In this document: in pieces, positions 1-10,715 of the stretch | Numbering within the stretch: position 1 is the first letter of the stretch | Layout of the letters: the number at the start of each line of letters is the position of its first letter | From: Halocafeteria seosinensis | Taxonomy: Eukaryota | DNA length: 64,000 nucleotides | NCBI GenBank assembly: GCA_001687465.1 | Contig: LVLI01000338.1 | Span: 1-64,000, forward strand | Reading direction: 5' to 3' | The notes under the pieces: model-generated | The model's database searches: none | What the model was told of the DNA's origin: nothing | The model's input: the letters and a program-made list of their open reading frames with translations, nothing else | Position numbers and translations under genes: made by a program

Positions 1-2247
1 CCTACTACTTCCCAAACAGCAGAGAGGACAAGCTCTGTCACAGTTACTCCCGCTCCAAGTGAGACAGCCTCCCAGTCGAGAACAAGCAGCCACACTAGTA
101 CGCCTACAAGTTCTAAAACTTCATCGCCTACTACTTCTCAAACAGCAGAGAGGACAAATTCCGTCACAGTTACTTCCTCTCTCTGGGCTACGGGCACGAC
201 ATCTGATACGGCGATACCTCTACATACTGACACTCGGTCACCTGGCATGTCCAACAGTGCTTCATCCACTGCTACAGTTCCAATAGCATATAGCATTAAC
301 CCTTCTGTGACAAACAGTGGAAAACCTTCATCGACTGGCACACCTCTAAGCATCAGCACTCGCACACCTAGCATGACGGATGGTGAGTTCCCTACATTTA
401 CTTCGGCTGCTATGACATCTCCGAGCACAGGAAGTAGCACACCCAGGGAATCCGCCTCTTCGACTACGGTTGGACCGGATATGAAGACTAGAACGCAAAG
501 TCCCTCAGCTACGATAAGTGCCCCTACTCCGACAACACTGGGTACCGGACAGAGCACCACTAGTCCCAGTGAGACAAGGCTAATAGCGGCTACAAGGACA
601 GCTGAAACTGGTGTTCCTACGTCTACAAGCTCAGAAAGCGGAATAGTAGGCGGCAGCAGAACTTCTTCCCCCAGTGTCAGTGTATCCTTCACCGACAATG
701 GTCACACCAAGGCCGCTTCATATACCCAGCAACGAACAACTTCTATGCCGGTGGAGCGGAGTGGGACTGTTACAAGCTCGCTTTCGCCAGAACGCACAAG
801 GAGTAATACAATGAACGCTAGTCCGGTAACGTATTCACCGAGCTTGTCCGACACACCCAAAGAGTTCTCTCCCACCTCTTCGCAAACATTCCAAGGAATT
901 TATTCTGGAATTGTATCCAATTCTTCATACGTCAGCCCAGTTAATACGGGGTCGGATTGGCCATCGAGCTCGTTATCTAGTACGACGGCAAATCACCCAA
1001 CTCCTTCGGTTACCAAGACTGCGGAAGTGGAACGCAGTGTACTGCCTAGCTCGTTAGCAACAAGAACGCAAACGACGGCAACTGCTTCCATCATTTTCTA
1101 CGCCAGCTCAAGCAAGACTCCTATTGAAACCAAAGAGCACAATTCAACGTCACAATCACCTGCTGTGGATCTTACCCCGACACCAAGTGAGGAAGGCGAT
1201 AGCCTAGCGCCGTTATCGACTGCAGACGGAAAGAGCGAATTGAGTTCATTGCTACCATTAACTTCAGTGGTATTGTTGGTGACTTTGCTCATGTTATGTA
1301 TCATCTTCATCGTATATAGAAGACGACGCAACCAAAGGCAGACCAGGGTATTGAGAAATCCAGACTCAGTTTTGGCAAAACAGCTGGGGATTCCGATTGA
1401 TCAGCTTCGAACTAGTCAAGGTTTTACCTACACTAGCCACTTTAATATCCAGGGAGCCTCCGAACTCGCACTCGGGAGCGAAGCCAAGAGGGCAAAGCAG
1501 GCATCTATACAAGCTCACATGGAATCAAGTGTCACTTCGACGACGGCGTTGAATAACGGACAACTGGCATACATCAATCCTCTCGCCGGTACCGCATTAC
1601 CCCAAACCGCAGCGACCACAGAGCACAAGGATGATAGACGAGAAACTCGGAATAGATTTGCTCTTACTTCCCAGGAAACAAAGCAGAGGACGATAAGCGC
1701 TCAAACTCCTTCCAGCGTTAAACGAGGATCGATAGAGTGTCAGTCACCGATCTTCTTTCCTGGAGCTACAAGTCCCATGTCCTCAAAACAAGAGGTAGTA
1801 TTTGTTGACTTAAGCATGAAGGAGCACCATGCATCGAGCGATAACGTTCGTGTTGTTTCCGTGAACGCCCCGAAACTCGGTCATGGAGAAAAACGGACGC
1901 CGGCAAATAATAGACCTTTAGTGAAAGTGGCAATTGCGTCACAAGTCGACAAATCCAAGATGAATCGTATAGACCGCGCGAAATTGTCACTGCGCATCTG
2001 GAAGGCAAAGCTTCTCTCGGAACCGCCTCCTCTTATTGAAATCGAGATGACTGATTGCCCCGAAACGCCTTCCACTGAGTTCAAAAATACTGTGCAAGAG
2101 CGCCGGTTAGAATTCGCGAACTCAAGGATTGCCCAAAAAGGCGCTCTTTCGCCGGAAACTAAAGAGCATCACCAGAGTCAGTTGAAATTGGAATTGGCGC
2201 CAAGAGCAATATTCCAACCAAGATCAGTCAGAGCTAAACGTCGGTAG
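1..2247 (+). CDS. Family member A (5' truncated by the window): Ser/Thr mucin stalk, single TM, conserved cytoplasmic tail
   Basis: Frame is open from base 1 (PTTSQTAERTSSVTVT..., repeated at 127, period 126 bp). TM LLPLTSVVLLVTLLMLCIIFIVY is followed by RRRR. Tail motifs AKQLGIP, YINPL, VFVD, VRVVSVNAP and KLSLRIWKAKLLSEPPPLIEIE are shared with paralogues. Confidence 0.85.
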   Translation, partial: PTTSQTAERTSSVTVTPAPSETASQSRTSSHTSTPTSSKTSSPTTSQTAERTNSVTVTSSLWATGTTSDTAIPLHTDTRSPGMSNSASSTATVPIAYSINPSVTNSGKPSSTGTPLSISTRTPSMTDGEFPTFTSAAMTSPSTGSSTPRESASSTTVGPDMKTRTQSPSATISAPTPTTLGTGQSTTSPSETRLIAATRTAETGVPTSTSSESGIVGGSRTSSPSVSVSFTDNGHTKAASYTQQRTTSMPVERSGTVTSSLSPERTRSNTMNASPVTYSPSLSDTPKEFSPTSSQTFQGIYSGIVSNSSYVSPVNTGSDWPSSSLSSTTANHPTPSVTKTAEVERSVLPSSLATRTQTTATASIIFYASSSKTPIETKEHNSTSQSPAVDLTPTPSEEGDSLAPLSTADGKSELSSLLPLTSVVLLVTLLMLCIIFIVYRRRRNQRQTRVLRNPDSVLAKQLGIPIDQLRTSQGFTYTSHFNIQGASELALGSEAKRAKQASIQAHMESSVTSTTALNNGQLAYINPLAGTALPQTAATTEHKDDRRETRNRFALTSQETKQRTISAQTPSSVKRGSIECQSPIFFPGATSPMSSKQEVVFVDLSMKEHHASSDNVRVVSVNAPKLGHGEKRTPANNRPLVKVAIASQVDKSKMNRIDRAKLSLRIWKAKLLSEPPPLIEIEMTDCPETPSTEFKNTVQERRLEFANSRIAQKGALSPETKEHHQSQLKLELAPRAIFQPRSVRAKRR

Positions 2248-2309
2248 CTCGTGATAAAAAACCTGCAATGTAATATCACTGACCGACCATACGTTTGTTC
2301 TATGTTAGA

Positions 2310-4027
2310 TTAGTTCCTGTGCGACTTTGATTTTAGGAAAATTTTCTTCTCACTAGCCGTCGGAGGCAATGTAGGGGTAAACTCTTTCTTGGAAATGCTC
2401 CCTCGGTTCATGCTTTCTCTTTGACACTTGTTCTCTTCTGCTTCTACTGAGATGTCTTTCCTCATCTCACTTTTACTCATTACAAATGCTAGGGTTTGAG
2501 CACGGGTATAGACTTGCTGCTTTTGGCTTGCTACCAGTAGGAGATCCCTCTGGGCGCTTTGGTAGTGTGCTGAAATTGTAGTGAATCTCGGGATCGACAC
2601 TGACTTGTACCAAAGGAGCAGGTCTGGCCAGAACTTTCGACTTCCATAGGGGCCAGCTAAGCCTTACTTTATCAGCAAACCGCATTCCGGTATAGTCCAG
2701 ATTGGAAGCCGATAGCAGACAGATTGGCTGGTTGTCGTCTGTGCGAATCTTGCTTTTGCTTTTGTGTCCACAGATATAACGGACATATTGCTCACGATCT
2801 TCGACGAAATCCGCGGATCCACTATGTCCACTCTTCCGTCGCCAGAACTGCTGGCTTAATAGATAGCGCTTTCCCGTGTCACTGCTTCATTATCTGAGGC
2901 ACGTGTATTCAGTGGATTGGCGCGATCAGACGTTGGTGCATTTCCAATATCAACTTGGCTCGAATGAAATTCCAGTTGCACTGTCCCCTGGGCTGATACT
3001 GGTAGAATTCTAATCTGATTGAGAGATAAACCAAGTTCAGCCGCATACATTTCAACAGTATTGGTGGGCTACTTTTATCTGTAATTACCCACACTTCGGA
3101 GGACCATTGTGTACGTCCACTGATTCGTAGAGTTTCCCTGTTATATCGCCAACATCTGCGGAATTTCCTGTTGTTCGTCAGACGCAAGACTCCCACCACT
3201 ACCAACCATGGGATCTGAGTATATAGAGTACCTGACCTCAAACGACTGCCTTCCAGAAAATATGTGCCCAATAAGTCCGCCAGAGCCTGAATCTAGGAGA
3301 GAGCCTGCAGCATAGCTGTTCTTTATTCTAACGGTGCCACTGTCTTCTCCTGTTCCGAAGCCACAGATTCCTCCTACATCCGCTTGTTCACTACTGCCGA
3401 TGCCTCCAATAGAGGAGCAGCGAAAGATATTAGGTAGGTTAAATCACCGCCCACGATTCCTCCTGAGCGGTCGTCAGTCATCTTACCTTTTGATGACGAG
3501 TAACTGATATCAATTTCACCGCCATTCTGGGCACATCGCCAACCACAGATTCCTCCACTGTATTCACCAGAAATTGTCCCACTCGAACTGGAAGAATGCA
3601 CTTTGATGAACTTTTGTTCAGCGCGAACGAGGAATCCTGCTTCTCTATTTGTGGCTCCGTTTAACATATGAACGTGAAGAATGAGAGGTGCTTGGTCTTA
3701 GGAGTCAACGACGTCGCTAATGGCGATTAATCCCAAGAAGTTTTCGATCCCCGAAAGGTCTCTAGTTAGTTTTTCCATTTCCCTCGAAGGTTTCATCCGG
3801 TCGAAGCAAAATGTAGTGTTCATCCGACTATCCGTAGTCTGCCCATCTGAGAACGGAGCAGTGCAATTGAAATAGTTTCGTCTCTGGGCTATACGAAAAG
3901 CATGGCTCCTGGTCGTCTTGAATGGCCGATCAGTGCTCGCACCGGTGGCTTCCTCCACAGACGGTAGTAAGAACCAATAATATACCGAGAAGGTCTGGCA
4001 CCCTAATTGAATGGTATTTACTGCCAA
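2310..4027 (-). pseudogene. Disrupted family member (ectodomain and tail remnants; stalk/TM missing)
   Basis: Pieces lie in several frames: DLSGIENFLGLIAISDVVDS*DQAPLILHVH, SSGTISGEYSGGICG, GGICGFGTGEDSGTVRIKNSYAAG, MYAAELGLSLNQIRI, ANPLN, RFADKVRLSWPLWKSKVLARPAPLVQV, GSISKKEFTP. In-frame stops and frameshifts are present. Confidence 0.85.
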
Positions 4028-5498
4028 TTATCACGGAACGCATTCTTTAGAGGGTCAACGTGGTGCACCTTGTGGCTGGAACCGACTTGCTCTTCAGGTC
4101 AGGTGCAAAGGCACTTTGCTGGGAGGGGAGCCAACCAGTGGTCTCCAAAGTTTAGAACTCAACTAGCAAGCGCATCCACAATCAGTCGACGCTGCCAAAA
4201 GAGAAAAAAAAATTAACTCAATGGAGGACAATGATGCTCGAATCGAAGTCCAGTTCCTTGTCGATAAATCCAACGGTAACTTTTCCCAGTGCGCAATCGG
4301 GACAGAAGAACGCCTTGTGGTTTTATTTCAGGGTGAAAAATGTCCCGGTGTTGACAGACGAGGTATACAATGCCAACCTTCGCTTGTTTTTTCCTTGTGT
4401 GCCTTCTCGACGTTCAATACAGTCGTGGAGTCGCACGTGATCGCACGGAGGAATCTCCAATGGCCCGTTGTTGGCAACGGGTGCAATACTGTAATTCCAC
4501 TCCAGTGATAACTTTGATCTGGAATAAGGTATCTTCTGTCAGTACCGGACTGTCAAGATTCTATTCGGGCTGGGGTCCGAATGGTACGTGGCTTCGATCA
4601 TTCCGTACGTCTTTGGAACTTCCAATGGCACCCGTTCTCACCACCCGAAGGCCCAGCATTGAACCATCCCTTGCGGTGGTTATTTTTGTATGGGCAGCCG
4701 GGGCAGGTAATAGTGCCTGTCGAACATTCAGTGCAGCATTCCATAGAAATGCGCACAATGTGCTAAAACGCAAGACGCTTTGCGTTTTAGTTATTGTCGA
4801 ATGTCTTGTTCCTGTCGCAACAGTTACAAAAGTGATGGGTCTACTCTCCAAATTTCCCTTTTCTGGATGATCTCTGACTCTGGAAGGCCCGGAACTTCGA
4901 GGGGTGTATTTATGTATTGGGTATTCTCCCACCAGCTCTGGCGCTGGCGAGGTAATCGACAAGAATTCCAGAGTTTATTGGAACTGCCGCAGTGGTATCT
5001 TCAGGCATGGAAATGCCAACGGAGACCAGGCCCCACTCAGTATGCACAATTGACCACATGCCCTTCGTGATTCTTCAGGATTCACATTGAAGTTACCATC
5101 GCCGTTCAGAACGTTTCCGCCAATTTCCGACTGCTTCAACGGGCTTTGAGCCTCGATAAAGTGTCAATTGTTTCGTTTGGTTGACTCCCAGAATTTCGAA
5201 TCCATCGATACTCTCACATGGTACAGGGTTTAAGAAGAAAACATCCAGCCGGGCCACCTTGCGATAAGTCACCACTCTTTTTTTGAGCTGAAATTTGTCA
5301 TTAGAGACGGAACAGAGTTAGTTAGACGCTCCTGCAGAAGCCCACTAAGCAGCGATAGATACCCAAACGACAAACTTTGTGCGTCTTTCTCGCATTTTGC
5401 AATCTTATCATACCTTCCAGATCTAGAGGCGGTCTGGAAGAACGTTCTAGTCCCGGAATCCCACTACCAGCTGAGCTACGTCTGGCATCACTGGCCCT

Positions 5499-8225
5499 AT
5501 GGTAAAAATGGGATTATACAGGAGATCTATGAGTTATGATGGTCGTCCAAGGACGGGCAAAAAACCAGCTTGCTCAACCCGATACTCGCACCTCTATGGA
5601 GTGTACGTAGGCATTACTGCAGCGTTGGTATCCTTAGCTCCCGTGGAGTCCGTAGTGACTTTCCCTAATGCGGTTTTGAAGGCCTTCCTCGAGCACACCA
5701 TTGATAAGACACCTCGAAGCCAAATCCTTTGCTCTGCTGAGAAAACGGTGCTCCTGCCTGGCAACTCTACGTTGACGGCCGGCCATGAAGACAGAAGCTG
5801 GGCTGAAGGGCCCTTGGCGGTTCTGCGACAGGGTCGATCACCTACGGCTTGTCAGGAACTCTTGCAGGGAGCTGTCAACGCAGTTGATGTAACAGGAAAA
5901 GAGCTCTTTCCTCTAGAGCACCGGGTTTCTCCGAGTTGTTTGGTAGCCGGATATGCCCAACTGCCATTTTCTTTGTCTCTCTGGTTCCGTTTTGCGCTGC
6001 GTCTGGTATACTGGAGTATTGGAGAGAAATGTCCTCATAAGAACATCATTGATGTTGTACTGCCTTGGACTTTCTGGACAGGCAAGCTTGGTCGAAGTGT
6101 GTGCACTCGTGCCAGGAATTACCACACAGTACTAAGCTTTAACGGATACTACATAAGAAACTGTGTCAATACGGAGCGTGGAGAGGGTTACTGCATTCGT
6201 GAAATACTTCCGGTAATATGCGGGGGGAAAAGACTTCGAGGTACATGCGCAACCCACATCTATAAGTGTATGATTACATCACATTCGTTGGAAACAACCA
6301 AAACGGTCAGGATACGTGGAGAACTGGAGACAAATTACGTGCTACTACGGAGGGCTAACATTACAAATGTCAATAGCGCGGCCTCCACGCGAAGTTCTGA
6401 TACCTTCTTGGAAACTATCCAATCATCATTACAAGGGGAAGTTCGTCGTTCCTCCGCTGTCTGGATTGACTCCTGGAGAAAAACTCCTGTACAATCCTCT
6501 TCTTCCCGGAAGTACGATAGTATTGGCAAAGCGCTCGTCAATCGGCAAGGTAGTAAACTGTCGACTCCCTTAACATGTGATTTTCGGTGGCTTAATTCTC
6601 GGGAATTTGCTTCAGCACCAACAATAACGCCCAATGATGAGCTAGAATATTTGCTGGATCGAGAATTGTCTGTTTCGTGGATGTCTATCGCTTCAGCGAC
6701 AAGTACTCGCAGGCATAAAGTGACAGTTGGATTCCTCCTTCCATGGCTACTAGGATTAGCTATGTTGCTCAGTCCGTCAGGCATCTGGAATAGCAGATGT
6801 AAGAGGGAGCAAGCCCATAGGAAGCGAATATTATGGTTTCGAAACTGGAGTGGCGCATGTATGGGTTCTAAAACCAAACTCGGAGCTATTTCTCTCACTA
6901 TCCTTATCATGTTGGCATGGATCAGTGGAGGGAGTGACTTACGAAGCAGTATTATAGAGGGAAGGGAACCGTGCTTTGCGCATAACCCGGATGCTAAGAT
7001 GTTCCAGATAAAGTGCAGTCGCGTGGAATGGAACACCGAGGGTTACGATGCAGAGACGTTTATTTCTCTGGATGCATTGGATACATTTGATGGTGGTGGG
7101 AACATCATTGACTTAAGTGGAGTCAGAGATTTTAGAGGGTTATTTACAATTATAAACATGAATGTGGTATCGTTTCACGAAGCCCCCGTCATTCGGAATA
7201 TTCATGTTATAAATGGAGACACTGCAGTAGGAGGTGGATTTATCGTTCAACAAAACCAAAGGCATTTTTCAGTTGACTCATGTAGCTCATCGGGGGAGAT
7301 ACACTCGAAAAGCGGAGGCATATGCGGTGCTAGGTGCGGTCGCGATAACGGCGAAATCGAGATACTGAATTCTTATTCAACCGGGACAATTAACGGCAAT
7401 GATGCTGGTGGTATCGCAGGACAAGCTACTGGACAAGGTGGTGGAATGGTCCGGATCTCCCGGTGTTACTCCACAGGTAGAATTAAAGCAGCTTGGGCAG
7501 GCGGTATCTGTGGTGACGAAGCTGGGCATAGTAGTGAAGTGCACATAACACAGTCGTATTCGATGGGGAGTATTGACGGTGAAGGCAGTGGTGGTATATG
7601 TGGTGACGAGCCAGCACACAGCAATGGCGAAGTACATATCAGTGATTGCTATAGTCGCGGAGCGATTTCCGCAGACCAGGCCGGAGGCATTACAGGAGCG
7701 TCCACGGGAGGCCGAGGCAGTCCACCCTCGGGAAGTGTATATATTTCTAGGACTTATGCTTCCGGTGCCCTAACAAATACCGGAGCTGGTGGATTGATTG
7801 GTAATATTGGCACGGGAGCAACCGGCACCATCAGCGTAAGACATTCCTTTGGTAGAGCAAGTATTGTGGGAAAAGATCTCGGCAATCACTTAAGAACGTT
7901 TGGTAATTCTCACTCCTTAGATGATATCCGAGAGAGACTAATTCGGGAGCGTGAAATATGGGTTGTTGCTGGAACCGATGAGCTACCCATTCTTCGCTTC
8001 CAACTCCCAAGTTTATCCCCAACCCCCTCTCCAACAACTTCAGCCACTCCTACAGCTACCAAAGCAACATCAAATTCACCGACAACATCGAGGACAGCTT
8101 CAAATTCAGGAAGTAATACGCCTTCATCCACCCCAACATCTACACCTACAATAACACCATCCAACTCGCCACATGTGTTTGGGACCAGGAGAGTCTTACC
8201 AGTACAACGACCCCAGAGGGTGTAA
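5499..8225 (+). CDS. Family member B: one GLUG-like ectodomain, short stalk, no C-terminal TM (probably secreted); long open leader 5499-6860, alternative start ATG 6861
   Basis: Signal-like LGAISLTILIMLAWISGG precedes SDLRSSIIEGREPCF, TFDGGGNIIDL, SYSTGTINGNDAGGIAG-type repeats and LPILRFQL. The ORF ends GTRRVLPVQRPQRV. Confidence 0.85.
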   Translation: MVKMGLYRRSMSYDGRPRTGKKPACSTRYSHLYGVYVGITAALVSLAPVESVVTFPNAVLKAFLEHTIDKTPRSQILCSAEKTVLLPGNSTLTAGHEDRSWAEGPLAVLRQGRSPTACQELLQGAVNAVDVTGKELFPLEHRVSPSCLVAGYAQLPFSLSLWFRFALRLVYWSIGEKCPHKNIIDVVLPWTFWTGKLGRSVCTRARNYHTVLSFNGYYIRNCVNTERGEGYCIREILPVICGGKRLRGTCATHIYKCMITSHSLETTKTVRIRGELETNYVLLRRANITNVNSAASTRSSDTFLETIQSSLQGEVRRSSAVWIDSWRKTPVQSSSSRKYDSIGKALVNRQGSKLSTPLTCDFRWLNSREFASAPTITPNDELEYLLDRELSVSWMSIASATSTRRHKVTVGFLLPWLLGLAMLLSPSGIWNSRCKREQAHRKRILWFRNWSGACMGSKTKLGAISLTILIMLAWISGGSDLRSSIIEGREPCFAHNPDAKMFQIKCSRVEWNTEGYDAETFISLDALDTFDGGGNIIDLSGVRDFRGLFTIINMNVVSFHEAPVIRNIHVINGDTAVGGGFIVQQNQRHFSVDSCSSSGEIHSKSGGICGARCGRDNGEIEILNSYSTGTINGNDAGGIAGQATGQGGGMVRISRCYSTGRIKAAWAGGICGDEAGHSSEVHITQSYSMGSIDGEGSGGICGDEPAHSNGEVHISDCYSRGAISADQAGGITGASTGGRGSPPSGSVYISRTYASGALTNTGAGGLIGNIGTGATGTISVRHSFGRASIVGKDLGNHLRTFGNSHSLDDIRERLIREREIWVVAGTDELPILRFQLPSLSPTPSPTTSATPTATKATSNSPTTSRTASNSGSNTPSSTPTSTPTITPSNSPHVFGTRRVLPVQRPQRV

Positions 8226-8706
8226 AATTGACAGACTGAAGTGAATCGTCTTATGGCGGAGGCTGCGGCAGATGTACTAGCATACTCCTACCTAATTCTA
8301 TATTTCAGCCACAACATGAGGAGTAAATCTACCTCGGATACCCTCCAGTATCCATATGAACATCCTCGCGCTACGGTATCAACTTTGGGAGGCGATTAGA
8401 CTAGTTTTCTTGCCACTGCGTTGGAAACGAAGCAAAGGGTACAACACGTGTTTCCTGCAGCAACCCTTCGATACAACGAACCATGATTAAGCTGTTCCGC
8501 CACGCAAACCGTGATTATGTTCGTTTTCTAACTTCCGGTGTCGAATTAACATCTTACAAGGTACCAAGAGCGCTAACTTAACGCGTCGGACTCTCACAAT
8601 ACCCTTGGTTCTTCGACTCGTCGGAATCGCTCGGATGTGTAGAAGTTTCAGGTTTAGTATCCACTTCAGCAGTAGAGGAAGCAACACCTTGAATTGGCGT
8701 TTCCTC

Positions 8707-8781
8707 ATGTCAAATGGTAATGCATTCGAAGAAAGGTTTCTGTACAGTGTTTCAGAGTTGGTTCTTCGCTTCTGTTCGCTA
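8707..8781 (+). repeat. Dispersed non-coding segment, copy 1 (paralogue at 19757-19852)
   Basis: atgtcaaatggtaatgcattcg...tctgtac...gtttcagagttggttcttcgcttctgttcgcta matches atgtcaaatgataatgcatccg...tctgtac[+~21 nt]...gtttcagtgttggttcttcgcttttgttcgcta. Confidence 0.8.
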
Positions 8782-8938
8782 GATTTGAACTAAATCTCTC
8801 GACTAGCTCGCGCAGGTTTTGCTGTGCGTAGTTAATCTCTCAAAATACACGACAAAGGTACTCGAGAAAAGCATAGTGTCACCACATATCCGAAGGTCAC
8901 TATAGAGTATGACCCACAACTGCAATGTTCCAGAGAGT

Positions 8939-9560
8939 TTATTTTTCCTGAGTTGCAAGACTCATCGACGACCCTTGTGCTTGGGAGCGAAGCGTTGCGG
9001 CCGTCAGTCTGGAAGAGTCGCCTTGCTTTTTTGCGGTTCCTCGAAGCACGCTTGGATCAGTTGAGTAACACGATTTAACGATTGTGGTCTGGGTCTTCTT
9101 GGTGTAACGTGTCTTCATATGAGGCAATGGAAGGAAATCTGGGTTCAACGACGGCGATTGTCTTTGGCTTCGCGTAAATAGCACATTCCTCATGCTGCCT
9201 GGATGTCGTCGTCTCTTCAGACAATCACTTTCGGCCAACTCCTTCCCTCTAACGCGTCCGCTCCGAGGAGACGCCACCCGTGATCCTCGCAGTGGGTGCC
9301 GATGTGCTGCTTGATTTGCAGACAACATTTTCAAGTTGGATTCTTTTGCGGAGACGAATGGCGTATTAGCTGAAGTTAGGTGTGGTCATTTCGAGACAGA
9401 AAGTTCCGGGAAAGGGCGCTTGGGAAGTAGCTAAAGTCCACCGCCATTGAATGGGGGTCGACACTTTGGGTTTGCTCTATTTTTCGATTTATTGCTGCCT
9501 CCAGGTCGACGGTAGCCAGTGCTAGGTAGATGTCTAAATCCTTACGGTATTTGGGCTGAG
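8939..9560 (-). pseudogene. Degraded copy of the distal cytoplasmic tail of member D
   Basis: MLSANQAAHRHPLRGSRVASPRSGRVRGK...KRRRHPGSMRNVL versus member D MLSANQAKHGHQQGGLGVTSPQSRQVRGK...KRRRHQGSMRDVL. Nucleotide similarity to ~21950-22330, with frameshifts and no ectodomain. Confidence 0.8.
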
Positions 9561-10715
9561 TGACCCTAAGCTTTCGCTGCCATATATCATTTAATTTGAT
9601 AGGAAAATCTTTTGGCACACCACTGGCAGGCAATGTATTCTATTCCAAGTTCATATTTGAACACAATAAGCCACAGTACAAAAATGTAATGGATTGGAAG
9701 GAATAAACAGCACTTTTGCCTGCCCCCGCGTCCAAGGTATGGTATGCATTTAAATGGAATAGTACTCCTGTTCTACCCCTCTATCCAGAATGCAAAATCG
9801 CCGTGGAGGCTCGTCCACAACGTAGGCTACCTAACGGGCTGCACTCTCATTCCGGTGGGAATGCTCAGGCCTTTACTACTCTTACAATGCTCCCATTTGG
9901 AAGTTGACGAAGTCGCTACCCGGTGGATTCGTTTGCAGTCCCGTAGTTCCGTCCTTTCGCATTCTGCACCAGCTAATTTCTCATCTCTCTTTCAGGTTGT
10001 GTGGTTCCCACAACTGCTGCTGTACCAGCCGACGGTTGTATGTCTCGGAGATAAGTCAATTTTGCCCTCGACGCGGGGGCTTGGAAATAGGGTGCGTCAG
10101 CCCGACGGTACAGCAAACACCGTTCCCCAGGTCGCAGTATGTACATACACCGTCGCAACCGCCACGGTTTCTACAGTTCAGCGTGGTGTGCGGAAACTTC
10201 TAGGTACAATAAAATGGCAAAATAGAAACTCCCTTTCCCACCAGATTGGTCTGGAACGAATCTATTACTTGTAGTACCACGTGTTGGCGACACATACAGT
10301 AGGACACGTTCTGTCCTCCACGAATACGAATACGTAGGAGGAATACAAAGCACATCGGCTGCGCTACTCGGGCACGAGGGGGAACCTATGAGTACTATCA
10401 ATGCCAGGAATCCACCTTGTAAGTGTTTATTCCGGCCAAGACGGTAGCCTGCGAAGCACTGCGTTATTGTCCGACATATGAAAGCCGTAAAATAGCAATG
10501 GGGTAGTAGGGATGCATTCTGCTTCAGACACTGTCCGGTAACGAACAGGGTGGGAGGGGCTTGGAATCCAATGTTCTCGTCTATACAATGGACGATATTG
10601 ATATTGTATGGCCCAGAAAGGCTCTTTGGCTATACTGTGGAATCAAATCTACGTCCTGGTCTTCTTCTTGTAGTGCAGTAAATGAACGGTCAAGGTCCAT
10701 GGAGCAGTGAATAGC

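Noticed and set aside
4763..4790. Perfect 11-bp hairpin ctaaaacgcaa-gacgct-ttgcgttttag
   Set aside because: Single short instance with no associated feature. A bacterial terminator is not meaningful here.
4030..5450. Short ORFs between the first pseudogene and member B
   Set aside because: No recognisable motifs in the frames I translated. It may be decayed coding DNA, but I cannot support a call.
9640..10700. ORFs 9744-10274 and neighbours
   Set aside because: No domain signature or family motifs; treated as intergenic.
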